A stretch of 26,183 nucleotides of DNA from a virus. The notes under the pieces are model-generated. The model was not told the DNA's origin. It made no database searches and saw only the letters and a list, made by a program, of their open reading frames with translations. Below are positions 25,491-26,183 of this stretch, in pieces. Position 1 is the first letter of the stretch. The number at the start of each line of letters is the position of its first letter. The stretch covers positions 1 to 26,183 of IMG/VR virus record IMGVR_UViG_3300045988_064285; one strand, 5' to 3'. Both the position numbers and the translations under genes were made by a program.

Positions 25491-25517
25491 AGCTGTTATA
25501 ATCAAAATTATTCAGCT
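25491..25517. other. Intergenic hairpin
   Basis: AGCTG (25491-25495) / CAGCT (25513-25517) with inner ATAAT-caaa-ATTAT. Confidence 0.4.
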
Positions 25518-25546
25518 GTAAAAATAATTTTTAAAGGAGAAAAATC

Positions 25547-26119
25547 ATGAATATAAGAGATATAATGGAGAATATAAACTTAGAAAAAATTATGAAAGTA
25601 ATAGCGCTAAATGAAATATCAGGAAATGAAAATGTTATATGTAAATTTAGTTATGCAGGTGGAAAATCAGGTTATAGCTTTGGGAGAAGTCAATTTGATG
25701 TGACCCATAATGCAAGAGCCAGAAATTTTTTAAAAAATATATGTGGATTTTCAAATCAGGATATGGAAAAATTATTGAATCTTGATAAGGATATAAATCA
25801 TTTGAATGAAAGATTAAGGCTGTTCAGAGCTGATATAGACAAACTTGATAGGGAACATATACAGCAAGTGATAAATTATGTGGCTAGTCTTGATGGACTT
25901 CCAGAGTTTGAAAATGAAAAGACTTTTGCTCATTTAGTAGATTATCACAATCAGTTTAATATTAGTAAGAATGGACTTATGCACAGATTTATAAAAGGTA
26001 AAAAAATATTAAAATCTGAAGATATTTTAAACTTCAAATTAAAAGAAACAAAATGGGGTAGAGAGCAACCTAGAGACGTAAAAAGAAGATATAACAATAT
26101 AGAAAATAACTGGAAATAA
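25547..26119 (+). CDS. Putative endolysin / phage lysozyme-like protein
   Basis: NEISGNENVICKFSYAGGKSGYSFGRSQFDVTHNARARNFL resembles muramidase-type active regions. Position after the fibre genes and before a membrane ORF. Confidence 0.55.
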   Translation: MNIRDIMENINLEKIMKVIALNEISGNENVICKFSYAGGKSGYSFGRSQFDVTHNARARNFLKNICGFSNQDMEKLLNLDKDINHLNERLRLFRADIDKLDREHIQQVINYVASLDGLPEFENEKTFAHLVDYHNQFNISKNGLMHRFIKGKKILKSEDILNFKLKETKWGREQPRDVKRRYNNIENNWK

Positions 26120-26133
26120 GGAGAGCGTTAAAT

Positions 26134-26183
26134 GAATAGAGAAACAATACTTTTAATAATAACAATTATTTTATCTATAGCTG
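26134..26183 (+). CDS. Start of a membrane protein, possibly holin, truncated by the window
   Basis: MNRETILLIITIILSIA.., with SD aggagag. Confidence 0.35.

Noticed and set aside
25491-25517. Strong terminator before the putative endolysin
   Set aside because: The hairpin is real but has no proper T-tract right after it and genes on both sides are co-oriented. Kept only as a weak hairpin feature.

Overview
The window is the early-to-late part of a low-GC (Fusobacteriota/Firmicutes-like) contractile-tail (myovirus) phage or prophage, almost entirely on the + strand. Module order: initiator/helicase-loader replication genes (~145-1837), small early genes including a VRR-NUC-type nuclease and a Rha-type regulator (1911-4570), a ~650-nt non-coding region that looks highly structured (~4631-5290), a second Rha-type gene, terminase small and large subunits, portal, Mu gpF-like head protein, scaffold, major capsid protein, head-tail connectors, sheath, tube, tail assembly chaperone, tape measure, PBSX/Xkd-like baseplate genes, tail fibre, a putative lysis gene and the start of a membrane ORF. 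No integrase, CI-like repressor or attachment site was recognised. The best candidates for something under-described are: (1) a large structured ncRNA region with a pseudoknot-type pairing, strong hairpins and an embedded 65-nt tRNA-like element that has no proper anticodon arm, reminiscent by context and size of ROOL/GOLLD-type phage RNAs; (2) a 2.2-kb accessory cassette inside the tail operon, bounded by inverted copies of a ~45-nt terminator-like sequence and carrying an antisense DUF1883-like gene with its own promoter plus two signal-peptide proteins; (3) an iteron array with adjacent AT-rich tract inside the initiator gene; (4) a canonical A_AAA_AAC -1 frameshift site with stem-loop in the tail chaperone gene; (5) a structured leader and TGTCACA cluster around the small terminase gene. 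All structures were found by reading the sequence by eye, with no folding software or database search.
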